A stretch of 63,716 nucleotides of DNA, filler included, from Octopus bimaculoides (GCF_001194135.2; 6 parts of 5 records of this genome joined end to end with filler, not necessarily neighbours in it); one strand, 5' to 3'. Shown: positions 1-12,883, counted from the whole stretch's first letter. Notes: generated by a model from the sequence alone, not told the origin. A program made the numbers and translations.

Positions 1-31
<31 letters not shown>

Positions 32-55
32 GTATATATATATGTATATATGTGA

Positions 56-91
<36 letters not shown>

Positions 92-92
<1 letters not shown>

Positions 93-254
93 ACGGGCTT
101 CTCTCAGTTTCTGTCAACCAAGTCCACTCACAAGGGTTTAGTCGGACCGAGGCTATAGTAGAAGACACATGTCTATGCTTCCACACGGTGGGACTGAACC
201 CAGAACCGTGTGGTTGAGAAGCAAGCTTCCTACCACACAGCCACGCCTGCGCCT
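92..254 (-). mobile_element. tRNA-derived SINE family S2 (CORE-like; internal TA/TG microsatellite), 5' half
   Basis: Reverse complement of the S2 head seen at 12485 (AGGCG-AGGAGTGGCTGTGTGGTAAG...GGCACCTTGGGCAAGTGTCTTCTACTATAGCCTCGGGCCGAC...GGAAACTGAAAGAAGCCCGTC); runs into (TA)n. Confidence 0.85.
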
Positions 255-264
255 ATAGTCAACC

Positions 265-402
265 AGACGTGGCTGTATTGTAAGAAGTTTGCTTCCCAAT
301 CACATGGTACTGAGATCAGTCCCGCGGCATGGCACCTTGGGCAAGTGTCTTCTACTATATCCTCGGGCCGACTAAAGCTTTGTGAATGGATTTTCATCGT
401 AT
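265..402 (+). mobile_element. SINE S2, 5' half, divergent from the copy at 92-254
   Basis: GTGGCTGTATTGTAAGAAG...GGCACCTTGGGCAAGTGTCTTCTACTATATCCTCGGGCCGACTAAAGC matches other S2 copies. Confidence 0.8.
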
Positions 403-1140
403 ATAGAGTGAGAGAAGGCGAGAGGAGGGGAAGAGGGAGTAAAAGAAAGATACATAAGGAGTTAACATAAGAGATGCTGGATAAGTGTATATACTAGGCT
501 TGGTGGCAGCCAATGAGTGAAGGAACGTTACACACACACATACAGTGTGAAAATCAGCATTAATTCTATTATCTGGTAACAACAATAAGAAATTTGATAG
601 AAATTAAAATATAATTACTGCATGTATATCATATTTCCTGATATTGCTTTCGTGGCAAAATTATGATGAATAACAAAAACTCTACTTCCATTATTAATAA
701 AAGAAATTTTTTTAATACTGCTAATATTAATAACGGTTTCCAATACATTGATCCTCATTTATCACGGGTGATTGGTCGCAAAAAGGCATGCCCTGTTATA
801 GAAAAAGTGATAAACGAATAAAAAAGACATATAGGAACATTAAGCTTTGTTGTAAGACGCCAAGTTGTTCTGGGCGTTGTGAGTGGTCACTGGTAGGGGC
901 GGTGAGCGCTTTTGCCGGTCAAGCAAAATGTTCGATTGATCGCCGATCAATGCTATACCATTAATTGGTGATAAGCGTAACACAGTTCACAACGAACGTA
1001 TCGTGTTATCTTGGATCAATGATCAATGAATCAGTGATAAACGAGGATAGATGTATTAACCCAAATCACTCGCTTTGAGAGAAGTATGTAATCGATACGA
1101 TTTATCAGCCTCTCTATCAATCGTAGAAACAGTAGAAATG

Positions 1141-1349
1141 ATTTTAAATTTTGGCACAACGCCAGCAATTTCGGGAAACGCGGCCTGTCGATTACATCGT
1201 CTCCAGTCCTTATATGGTATCTATTTTATCGGCTCCGAAAGAATAAAACGTGAATTTCACCTTGGCAGAATTTGAACTCTGGACGTAAAGAAGGACAAAA
1301 TGTCGCTAAGCATTTGCCCGGGCGTGCTAATGATTCTGCCAGCTCGCCG
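1141..1349 (-). mobile_element. tRNA-derived SINE family S1, diverged
   Basis: Reverse complement of GGCGAGCTGGCAGAATC.TTAGCACG (A box)...GAGTTCAAATT (B box) with TGTGCCAAAATTT tail. Confidence 0.75.
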
Positions 1350-1571
1350 CGTGAGAAACAGAAATAATAACCTTAAGGGAGTCGCTCATTTTTTTTTTTA
1401 AGGATCTTAATCACTTTATTGTTGTTGTGGTGGTTGTTGTTGTCGCTGTTCAACTTTAATCGAGCCACTATGGATAAAAAAAAAATAATCTAGCCGTAGC
1501 CATCACGCCTTTCCAGAGGTATGTTGAACCCGCGCTAGACAATGTGGAACTTGCCTTATTTCAGAAGGTTC

Positions 1572-1713
1572 TTTATTGCCCACAAGGGGCTAAACATAGA
1601 GCGGACAAACAAGGACAGACAAAGGGATTAAGTCGATTACATCGACCCCAGTGCGTAACTGGTACTTAATTTATCGACCCCGGAAGGATGAAAGGCAAAG
1701 TTGACCTCGGCTG
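1572..1713 (-). mobile_element. 5'-truncated S1 SINE with perfect 14-bp TSD
   Basis: ATTTCAGAAGGTTC at 1558-1571 and 1714-1727 flanks an S1 body plus tail (GCCCCTTGTGGGCAATAAAG). Confidence 0.9.
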
Positions 1714-2139
1714 ATTTCAGAAGGTTCGGTGTGATCCCAGAGAGTTAGCTGCTTCAATATTTTTTTTTCCCCCTTTTAACAGATCGAGCGAATGTGCAGA
1801 GTCACCCTTTACATTTCTTTCTAGGTTAACTACGTAAGCGTTTTGCTATATAGATCAAGTACACCAGTACACCAATGCTTGTACATATACATATATATGA
1901 ATGGGGACTTGGAAAGAAAGGAGTGCAGTCTTGTAGGTCGTGTGTGTGTGTGTGTGTGATTGGTAACTGGATATATAAATAAATTAGTAACTGCGAAACT
2001 GCTGTTTTCATTCAGCTTAATATCAATATTTACTTTACTCCTCGGCTCTTCACACTTTTTATACATGTATGTAATTCGTTTTGCCGAAAGCTAATTGTAA
2101 CAGGCATAGTACCAATGATAATAATAATAAAAATAATAA

Positions 2140-2604
2140 TAATAATAATAAGAGTAATAATAATGGTTTCAAATTTTGGCACCAGGCCAGCAATTTTGGG
2201 GAAGGTAAGGGTTAGTTGATTACATCGACCCAGTGTTCAACTGGTACTTATTTTATCGACCCCCCAAGAGGATGACAGGCAAAGGTGGAATTTGAACTGA
2301 GAACGTAAAGACAGACGAAATGCCGCTAAGCATTCTGCCCGCCGTGCTAACGATTCTGCCGGTTCGTTAATAATAATAATAATAATAAGAGTAATAATGA
2401 TGGTTTCGAATTTTGGCACCAGGTCAGCAAATTTTGGGGAAGGTAAGGGTTGGTCGATTACATCGACTCAGTGTTCAACTAGTACTTATTTTATCGCCCC
2501 CCCCCCCCNNNNNNNNNNATTTGAACTGAGAATTTAAAGACAGACGAAATGTCGCTAAGCATTCTGCCCGCCGTGCTAACGATTATGCCAGTTCGTTAAT
2601 AATA

Positions 2605-2639
<35 letters not shown>

Positions 2640-3080
2640 AATAATAATAATCTTTTCTACTTTAGGCACAAGGCCCGAAATTGTGGGGGAGGGGGCAGTC
2701 GATTAGATCGACCCCAGTACGCAACTGGTACTTAATTTATCGACCTCGAAAGGATGAAAGGCAAAGTCGACCTCGGCGGAATTTGAACTCAGAACATAAC
2801 GGCAGACGAAATACAGCTAAGCATTTCGCCCGGCGTGCTAACGTTTCTGCCAGCTCGCCGCCTAATGATAATAATAATAATAATCCTTTCCACTAGAAGC
2901 ACCAGGCCTGAAATAATAAGGGGAGAGGAATGGTCGATTACATCGACCCCAGTACTTACTTTATCGACCTCGAGAGGACGAAAGGTAAATTGGAGCTCGG
3001 AGGAATTTGAACTCAGAACGTAAGGACGGACGAAATACTGCTAAGCATTTTGCATGGTGTGCCAACGATTCTGCCAGTTC

Positions 3081-3112
<32 letters not shown>
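2140..3112 (-). mobile_element. Four tandem S1 SINE copies separated by (AAT)n/(GAT)n
   Basis: Copies at about 2164-2370, 2400-2600, 2650-2862 and 2884-3082, each with AAGGCAAAG..GGAATTTGAACT.AGAACG..GCTAAGCATT..GCTAACG.TTCTGCC. Confidence 0.9.
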
Positions 3113-3115
<3 letters not shown>

Positions 3116-5174
3116 ATAAAAAGTTTGGAATGGTACAACAATGCACTATATATTCTAAGAATGTCTGAAGAAGAAATTGTATTCCGAAATATCATCGGAC
3201 TATAGATAACTAAAATTACAACAGGTATATAGTCCATTTTTTGTATTATAGTACATTGTTGTACCATTCCAAACTTTTTATTCTTTGCAAACAATACACA
3301 ATGCTTCAAGCGAACTACAATACTCTCCTAATAATAATAATAATAATAATTTCGCTTATTTGCCACAAGGAGGTCACTGGGAGGAATGTCACAAATGGAG
3401 TCTACAATTTTGCAGTGCGGTATGTATATAAAATCAGGCGAGGAAAAACAAGGGATGAAGCAGAAAGGAAATGAAAACTATACAAAATATACAAAATAGG
3501 GGATCACATGAATGATGCAGTCCTACTGATACAGGAGAAACTCTAGCTAGGGCCAATTGAGGAACACCACAAATTCAAAGTCACCCTGACCATTAACGGC
3601 ACGATTCCTTGCCTAGCTATTGTTCTCCAATAAAAAGGTGCACGCAATGTGTAGTTCTAATCACTTCATTTTCACCTTGGACAAATTCATTGGAGGAAAA
3701 CACGTTTATTTATTCATGCTCTCACTTACCTTTCCAAGTGGAACTTGATAGGGTCGATGAGGTGTTAACCGAAGACAAAGGTGCCTACCTTTAATCCCTT
3801 CCTCAAGTGCATCAACACGATCTTACTCAACAGCATCCATCGCACTGACGATACATATTGAGCTTGAGTGGTTGGAGGTTTACAGATCAACTTCGCTTTT
3901 CATCCTTCCAGGTTCTATGAAACAGAGGGCCAACTAAGTTCTGGCGTTATTTAATTGATTCTGCTCTCTTTCCAAATTTTTGGCCCTGTATCAATATTAA
4001 GTATCTTTATGAAAGGGGGTGAAGAATTAGTAGAACAAATTTCAATGTTGTGACATTTACATTCTGGGATCAAATCCTTTTCGAGGTCGTTAAAATGAGA
4101 GCCATTCTAAATACTGCGATTTATATAACCGAATGTTCTACTTCCAAAAATAGTGATTTTGTATCAAGTATTATCAAGGGCAATCTTGTAGCAGAAATAG
4201 CTGTTAGATCAAATGACTCTTATTCTATAATATTTAGACCTAAATTGAAAATGTTACCTTGGAGAGCGTCTTCTTGTTTTTCTTTTTAGCTTCTGATCTT
4301 GTGGTACAATCAATATAAAAGATGCATTGAAAGTCCATGGACTGAGCACGATAAACTTTAAAGAGACGGCTCAAATGCTTGCAAATCATTTGAATGATTA
4401 AGCACTTGTAAACTTCTTTACTACATTGTTTACTGACTTCAAATTCTCTTGGAATCAATAATGTCTTTTAAGAACTTAGTAAGCCAACGTTAGAACTCAA
4501 GTAGGTTACTGGATATGCTACGATTAGTAGCTAGGTCATTTTCAAGCACATCCTATTGTTTGTTTATTGATTTGAACCAGGACCACTTTCGATAAAACCA
4601 GCCTACGGTGGTATGACGAGTTGATCTACACTGATTGCAAAGGTCTGCTACTCTATCAGACACAACACGGCACGTCTCTGTATTCGAGAAATTCACTTCA
4701 CCACCGGTGAAGTGAATTTCTCGAATACAGAGAGTGGGGGGGGGCGTGTGTGTGTTAACGCTGGTAACGGGCTGGAAGAATGAGTAACTCAGCACCAGGA
4801 ATACGAATAAACAACCCTTTTTATATAAAATGTTTGTTACAATTCTGGTACCTCTGGAGATGAACATTGTTTCAATCAAATCACAGATGATTTACCACCA
4901 TTAAAATTGACGAGAGTGTCTCTTACACAGAAAGGTAACAAAAATTCTATTAATATATACATGCATGCATGCATGGATATATATATATATATACATACAT
5001 AGAGACGACAGACAGACAGACAGATAGATAGATAGATATATACGCGCACACACACATATGTACGTTCGTTTATGTTGGACAAATGAGAGAGGAGTGCTCA
5101 ATACATGCTGTAGAGGATATGGTTTTTTTTTTACCTTCAGACTGAAACTCGAGTCACCAAACAAACTGTCACTT

Positions 5175-5211
<37 letters not shown>

Positions 5212-5250
5212 NNNNNNNNNNNNNNNNNNNNNNNNNNNNNNNNNNNNNNN

Positions 5251-5297
<47 letters not shown>

Positions 5298-6243
5298 CCA
5301 GAAAGTGTAGTTTAATATGGGGTGCGTCGCACGTACGTTGGTGACAGACATACACCAGCAAGAAATTCCGGATAAATCGGTGAATAGAACATGAAATAAC
5401 CTGCTGGTATTTACTACACCCGATTTTCCTCAGACAGTTCTGCCTGCCATGTCAATAGCGGCATCGAATCGGAAATACAGTATGTGTCTGGCATATGGAA
5501 AACCTACAACCAAAGACATAACAATACAAAAACACATTCATAAAATGGTAAACAACAGTAAATCCTTCAATCGATTATATCCGTTTCTTACAAGGTTCTG
5601 GCCTTGTGCCAATGTAAGAAAATCAATATTCTATGCATGTATAAAGCTATAATTGTATGGATGTGTATTAGGGATTAGAAGCAATCGGTCGGTTGCTGTT
5701 TTTCAGTTACTGGCTTGGTACGAATTGAACTAGTTTTCCTGATTATTTGTGCTACGCCACTTTAAGGGTGTGTTTCATGATTTACTTAACAATAAATTGT
5801 ATGACTCAACAAATGTGATCCTGCATGTGGTTGGGTTAGGTTCATGTGCTAAAAAATAGCAGCTAAGTCTGAATTTGCATTTAAGCAAAAATTTACCGTC
5901 TTGCAAAAGAAGGTAAAACTACCTGGACCATAAATGTATGTATGTATGTATATATGTATGTATGTATAAAGCATAAATTCAGGTGGTGTGAGCTGTGTGT
6001 ACAGATTTTACTTAACTACATGACTACCATAGGATAACGGCCGTTTCGCAACCTTCATCATGTAGTATTAATTTCAGTGCGCAAGAAATTATGTTAACAT
6101 GTCCGCCCTAATATGCATGTTACACATTATACAATACAATGGTATATTCACAAACCAATGCATAGAAACAAAATTAGCTCATTAGGGTTAGCGTTCCACG
6201 CACATACACACACACGCACTCACATATGATATATATATATATA

Positions 6244-6330
<87 letters not shown>

Positions 6331-7109
6331 CTTATACATGTGTTTACATATGTATATGTATATAAATATGTTTGTATACATATATATGTCTATATGTATG
6401 ATCAAGCAGGCACCAAAGTGGCTGTTGTTGGCCTGCGTCGGCGCGACTTATATTCTGTTGTAAAATCATTAAAAAGAGTACAGCGAACTTGCCATGAGGA
6501 GTGGAAAACCCAACGCTTCGGATAAAGTCCTTCTTCATATAAAAGTTGAAATGAAAGAAAACAGCTAATTTACAGCCAGTTCTTTTTTAACTTATATCAT
6601 CTGAAACTCTGCCGTCTCTCATTTATTTCTCTCTTTTTATCTTTTCACTGAATAATGACAATGTCTGAAACGCGAGCGTGCGTATGTGTTTGCTAGAATG
6701 AGTACCTAAATCTCCGTCTCATCTACCATCTTGAATATAAAAAAAAGAATATGAGCTAGGTATTGGATACCATGCTCCTACAAGTATGCTCTCTGAATAG
6801 AACGATGGAATGGTCACAACTGAAGTGTCTTGATCAAGCAAGACGTTTTCTATTTGTTGTTGAGTTTTGAGAAAGTGATAGGCCCAGGGCCTTCACAGGC
6901 ACTCCTAAGCCGATGAGATGGATACTCTTGATGCTCCACTTGAAGCTCCATAATGAGCCAAGATTCATAGGAAGAAGATGAGGAACGAGAAGACACCTTG
7001 GTACCGATGTCTTGGGGAGATATGACTATCGAGTGGATCGAAAACGCTAACTCGAAAGTGGTAAAAGTCACAGCCGACTCAAAGGCTACTATTATAGTAG
7101 CAGCAGAAT

Positions 7110-7111
7110 GG

Positions 7112-7185
<74 letters not shown>

Positions 7186-7220
7186 AGAGAAAGAAAGGTG
7201 ATGATGATGATGATGATGAC
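7110..7220. repeat. (GA)n followed by (GAT)n microsatellite
   Basis: Direct reading. Similar GA/TA/TG tracts at 5180-5295 and 6230-6330. Confidence 0.95.
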
Positions 7221-7269
7221 GTTACCCCCGTGGTCTTGACGCAGGAGCGTGTCTATAATTTAATGCCAA

Positions 7270-7600
7270 TCAATCGGGAGGCCCTTTTCTGGATATGGTT
7301 TAGGACACCGGTTCTCATATGAGCCATGGGGTGAGGATGAGGTCCACATAATTGCTAACATTTATGCACAATAAATAGCTTCTTCAATGCACCAGCTATC
7401 TTAGTCATTTTTTTTTGTTTTTTTTGTATACAGTTACTTATAAACATCGAATGACTGTGAGTGTTCCCTCGAGTAGAACAGGAATCACGGAGGGTCCATT
7501 GGTAAATATGGTTGAGACCCACTGATTTAAGATATCCGTATATGCAAGCGGCTGCACCGTCGCAATTGTGAGGGCAATATTTCCTTGTGGGCCTCACCTG
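7270..7600 (-). mobile_element. Possible degenerate CR1/L2-type LINE RT C-terminal relic
   Basis: Translations QVRPTRKYCPHNCDGAA and LNHIQKRASRLIG resemble the remembered motif (Q)VRP.MEYCSHIW.GA...LDRIQKRAIRLIG, but the spacing between the two is too long and the frames differ. Confidence 0.35.
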
Positions 7601-7634
7601 AGTTTCTTTAACGCATCGTCGTCGTCGTCGTTCT

Positions 7635-7665
<31 letters not shown>

Positions 7666-7974
7666 ATCATCATCATCATGACCATCATCCCAGTGACGTA
7701 GCCATCATAGGAACTATTGATATCTGTCATTTACAAGAACCAGGGTTAATAGCCCCTGTGATGCTACTCTGCAGTAGACAAACGAAAACTATTTTTTCTG
7801 GTGAATGAAGGGACCAGAAGGGCATTGAATGAAAGTGTGTTATGCAAGGATTTGACGTGACGCCCGCCCGATCTACGAATCGAAACCCACGTCGTTATGA
7901 TCATTAAGTCCGACAGGTAAACTTCTGAGTCACGTGCCTCCAATCTCTACACTCTCTCCTCCTCTTCCTCCTCC

Positions 7975-8011
<37 letters not shown>

Positions 8012-10639
8012 TTCACACGTACACATATTCGCACACGCACATTGAGAAGTGTGTATAGGTTATATTATGACTCGTCTTTAAATGTTACGCTCGTGAGCCG
8101 TAACGTGTCATGTGGGAGGCATAGCAATAACAACAATAATANNNNNNNNNNNNNNNNNNNNNNNNNNNNNNNNNNNNNNNNNNNNNNNNNNNNNNNNNNN
8201 NNNNNNNNNNNNNNNNNNNNNNNNNNNNNNNNNNNNNNNNNNNNNNNNNNNNNNNNNNNNNNNNNNNNNNNNNNNNNNNNNNNNNNNNNNNNNNNNNNNN
8301 NNNNNNNNNNNNNNNNNNNNNNNNNNNNNNNNNNNNNNNNNNNNNNNNNNNNNNNNNNNNNNNNNNNNNNNNNNNNNNNNNNNNNNNNNNNNNNNNNNNN
8401 NNNNNNNNNNNNNNNNNNNNNNNNNNNNNNNNNNNNNNNNNNNNNNNNNNNNNNNNNNNNNNNNNNNNNNNNNNNNNNNNNNNNNNNNNNNNNNNNNNNN
8501 NNNNNNNNNNNNNNNNNNNNNNNNNNNNNNNNNNNNNNNNNNNNNNNNNNNNNNNNNNNNNNNNNNNNNNNNNNNNNNNNNNNNNNNNNNNNNNNNNNNN
8601 NNNNNNNNNNNNNNNNNNNNNNNNNNNNNNNNNNNNNNNNNNNNNNNNNNNNNNNNNNNNNNNNNNNNNNNNNNNNNNNNNNNNNNNNNNNNNNNNNNNN
8701 NNNNNNNNNNNNNNNNNNNNNNNNNNNNNNNNNNNNNNNNNNNNNNNNNNNNNNNNNNNNNNNNNNNNNNNNNNNNNNNNNNNNNNNNNNNNNNNNNNNN
8801 NNNNNNNNNNNNNNNNNNNNNNNNNNNNNNNNNNNNNNNNNNNNNNNNNNNNNNNNNNNNNNNNNNNNNNNNNNNNNNNNNNNNNNNNNNNNNNNNNNNN
8901 NNNNNNNNNNNNNNNNNNNNNNNNNNNNNNNNNNNNNNNNNNNNNNNNNNNNNNNNNNNNNNNNNNNNNNNNNNNNNNNNNNNNNNNNNNNNNNNNTTGG
9001 AATTTCGTTATGGTGAGAAGCGTGCCGAAATGCTCCTAGGACCAAAGAAAATAAGTAAAAAAATTGCTTGTGGAATTTCTGACTTCTGAGTCTTTATATT
9101 CTGTGAATTTTGTTTGCTTATACTAGTGTGTTTGTTTGTTTGTTTCTTTGTTTTTTATACTTTTATACTTCTTATTTCTTATTTTCATTTTTTTTTTTTT
9201 GTTTTAACCCAAAATTCTTTCTTCAGATCCACGTCATCTCGTACCTTTTTTAAAAACTTTGGCATCTTCACGTTCCAATATTTTGTGAATTGTTCCTAAC
9301 ACAACCGACTTAAATTGACTTTCTCCGCAGCACACACTCACATACTTATATGCATACACAGATACATACATGCATACACACACACATTCATATATANNNN
9401 NNNNNNNNNNNNNNNNNNNNNNNNNNNNNNNNNNNNNNNNNNNNNNNNNNNNNNNNNNNNNNNNNNNNNNNNNNNNNNNNNNNNNNNNNNNNNNNNNNNN
9501 NNNNNNNNNNNNNNNNNNNNNNNNNNNNNNNNNNNNNNNNNNNNNNNNNNNNNNNNNNNNNNNNNNNNNNNNNNNNNNNNNNNNNNNNNNNNNNNNNNNN
9601 NNNNNNNNNNNNNNNNNNNNNNNNNNNNNNNNNNNNNNNNNNNNNNNNNNNNNNNNNNNNNNNNNNNNNNNNNNNNNNNNNNNNNNNNNNNNNNNNNNNN
9701 NNNNNNNNNNNNNNNNNNNNNNNNNNNNNNNNNNNNNNNNNNNNNNNNNNNNNNNNNNNNNNNNNNNNNNNNNNNNNNNNNNNNNNNNNNNNNNNNNNNN
9801 NNNNNNNNNNNNNNNNNNNNNNNNNNNNNNNNNNNNNNNNNNNNNNNNNNNNNNNNNNNNNNNNNNNNNNNNNNNNNNNNNNNNNNNNNNNNNNNNNNNN
9901 NNNNNNNNNNNNNNNNNNNNNNNNNNNNNNNNNNNNNNNNNNNNNNNTAAGAAATTCACTCTGTATACATGGTTTCCGGTTCGATCTCTCTGCGTGATAT
10001 GTTGGGCAAGTGTCATTCATAGTAGCTTCCGTTCAACTGAAGGCTTGGGGATAAAACTGGCAAATAGAAACTGTTCGGAAACCTGTCTGAATGAACTGTA
10101 CCTGTGACTTACAGGTCCAACTTTGTATGTCAACGAAGTAAGAGGATGAGGAGGAGGATAGGAAAAACAAGAAGAAGGGTGAAGAATAGAGTAAGAAGAA
10201 AAAAGAGCGGGAGAAAAAAAAACAAGACTAGAAAATGATGATGATGATGATGATGATGATGGGGATGATGATGAGGATGATGATGATAATGATGATGACG
10301 ACGACTACGATGAGAAAATCATGGACCGTCAAACGCCTTATTGAATTTGATGAAATATTTTGTCAGTCAAATGTCATAAGCCTAAAACTGACCATGTTAA
10401 AAGAAACAAAAATAAAAACAAAAAAGAACATTCTTATTCAGGGCGCATGATTATGAGACGTAGATTCGAACCTGTTACAGAAGTTTTACTAACGTACCAC
10501 GGCTGGTTTACTTTACTTTTTTTAAAATTTTATTTATGCGCCCTTTTAAAGCCTAGCCAGGCTCATGAGCCCGGTTTCCCGGTTTCTATGGCGTATGTGT
10601 TCCCCCTAAGCTTGACGGGACGCCAGTCCATCGCAGCTT

Positions 10640-10842
10640 TTTACTCAAGAAACAGGAAGAAAGAGTGAGAGAAAGTTGGGGCGAAAGAGTACAACAGGGG
10701 TCGCCACCACCCGCTGCCGGAGCCTCGTGGAGCTTTCGGTGTTTTCGCTCAATAAACACACACAACGCCCATTTTGGGAATCGAAACCGCGATCCTCCCA
10801 CCGCGAGTCCCGCTGCCCTAATCACTGGGCCATTGCGCCTCC
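10640..10842 (-). mobile_element. tRNA-derived SINE family S3 head (GGAGGCGCAATGGCCCAGTG...GGTTTCGATTCCC)
   Basis: A and B boxes on the minus strand; same family as 36420-36604. Confidence 0.8.
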
Positions 10843-11167
10843 ACGCTGGTTTACTAACGTATCATATAATTTCATCATATGAGTAAAAGCGATTTAGCCG
10901 AATGATTATTGTATTAGGCTAGAAGCCAGTTCCTAGATCCCACCAATGTATTTCACAATGTATTTGGCACAATCGAGTTAATTCTACGAGCTTCAGGTCT
11001 CTTAAGCTCTTAAAAGATTTAGTAAATATCCCTAGATCACATGGTAATGGTACCTGATATAGACAGAAGTTTTTATCCAAGAACGGAACCATAAATCCGG
11101 AGCCAGGCACCGACGGCGGTCTAGTTGTGAGGATTATGTAACTTAGTTAGAGATTAGTCACAATATT

Positions 11168-11797
11168 TTATCTTTTATCTTTTACTTGTTTCAGTCGTTT
11201 GAGTGGCGGCCATGCTGAGGCATCGCCTTGAAGGGTTTTTTGGTCGAACAATTCGACCCCAGGACTTATTCTGTCGGTCTGTCTCTTTTGCAGAGCCGCT
11301 ATTTTACGGTGACGTAAACATACCAACACCGGTTGTTTGTCAGGCGGTGATGGGTGACAGATACGGACAAAAAGACGCACCCACACATATATGTATAGGC
11401 GCAGGCGTTACTGTTTGGTTAACATGCTTGCTTCCCAACCACATGGTTCCGGGTTCAGTGTCACTGCGTGGCATCTTGGGCATGTGTCTTCTACAATAGC
11501 CTCGGGCCGATCAAAGCCTTATGAGGGTATATGGCAGACGGAATCTGAAAGAAGCTCGNNNNNNNNNNNNNNNNNNNNNNNNNNNNNNNNNNNNNNNNNN
11601 NNNNNNNNNNNNNNNNNNNNNNNNNNNNNNNNNNNNNNNNNNNNNNNNNNNNNNNNNNNNNNNNNNNNNNNNNNNNNNNNNNNNNNNNNNNNNNNNNNNN
11701 NNNNNNNNNNNNNNNNNNNNNNNNNNNNNNNNNNNNNNNNNNNNNNNNNNNNNNNNNNNNNNNNNNNNNNNNNNNNNNNNNNNNNNNNNNNNNNNNN

Positions 11798-11846
<49 letters not shown>

Positions 11847-12220
11847 ATATATGTTTGTATGTATGTATGTAAGTATGTGCGTGTGTTTGACCCCCACCAT
11901 CGATTGACATCGATTGGTGGGTTTACGTCCCTGCAACTTACCGGTTCTGCAAAAGAGGCCAATAAAATAAGTAATAGGCTTACAAAGAATGAGTCCTGGG
12001 GTCGATTTATTCGACTAAAACCCTTCAATGCGGTGCTCCAGCATGGTGGCGGTCAAATGACTGAAACAAGTAAAAGAATATATACGAAGGGCTTCTTTCA
12101 GTTTCCGTCTACCAAATCCACTCGCAAGACTCCTGCCCAAGATGCCACACAGTGAGACTGAACCTGGAAATATGTGGTTAAGAAGAAAGTTTCTTACAAC
12201 ACAACCACGCCTGTGCCTAT
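11168..12220. mobile_element. Nested S2 SINEs: a plus copy (about 11396-12078) inserted in the internal TA repeat of a minus copy
   Basis: Minus 3' half at 11168-11395, full plus copy, then minus 5' half at 12085-12220. Confidence 0.75.
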
Positions 12221-12484
12221 GAGTATATGGAAAGAAAATTTGATAAATCTGTGATGTAGTGGCTAGCATCATTTGCTAGGAAATATTTATGTAATCCTAT
12301 CGTGAATCGTTTGACTTGCGTTGAATAAAAAAATCTTACAGAATTCTTAAACGGTCAATTCCTTTTAGATTCTGTCTTTTGTTAGCATATTTCCGGTGAA
12401 ATATTCTGCAGGTTTCAATTAAAATTTGAAAATTATGAAGAATTTAGCAAATTATGAAGAATTTAGCAAATTATGAAGAATTTA

Positions 12485-12883
12485 GGCGTAGGAGTGGCTG
12501 TGTGGTAAGTAGCTTGCTTACGAACCACATGGTTCCGAATTCAGTCCCATTGCGTGGCACCTTGGACAAGTGTCTTCTACTATAGCCTCGGGCCGACCAA
12601 AGACTTGTGAGTGGATTTGGTAGACGGAAACTGAAAGAAGCCCGTCGTATATATGTATATATATATATATGTTTGTGTGTCTGTGTTTGTCCCCCCAACA
12701 TCGCTTGACAACCGATGCTGGTGTCTTTACGTCCCCTTAACTTTAGCGGTTCGGCAAAAGAGACCGGTAGAATAAGTACTAGGCTTACAAAGAAGAAGTC
12801 CTGAGGTCGATTTGCTCGACTAAAGGCGGTGTTCCAGCATGGCCACAGTCAAATGACTGAAACAAGTAAGAGAGTAAAAGAGT
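12485..12883 (+). mobile_element. Full-length S2 SINE (~400 bp), best reference copy in the window
   Basis: Head with A/B boxes, CORE-like CCTTGGACAAGT, internal (TA)(TG), tail ...CAGTCAAATGACTGAAACAAG(TAAGAGAG)(TAAAAGAG). TSD-like AAATTAT.AAGA.TTTA on both sides. Confidence 0.9.

Noticed and set aside
3480-4700. Non-microsatellite stretch as possible exons
   Set aside because: No frame with both splice signals and a plausible translation; includes decayed SINE-like pieces.
6645-6700. CTGAATAA..GACAATGTC.TGAAACGCGAGCGTG as a hammerhead
   Set aside because: Core mismatches, G at the cleavage position and no stem I pairing.
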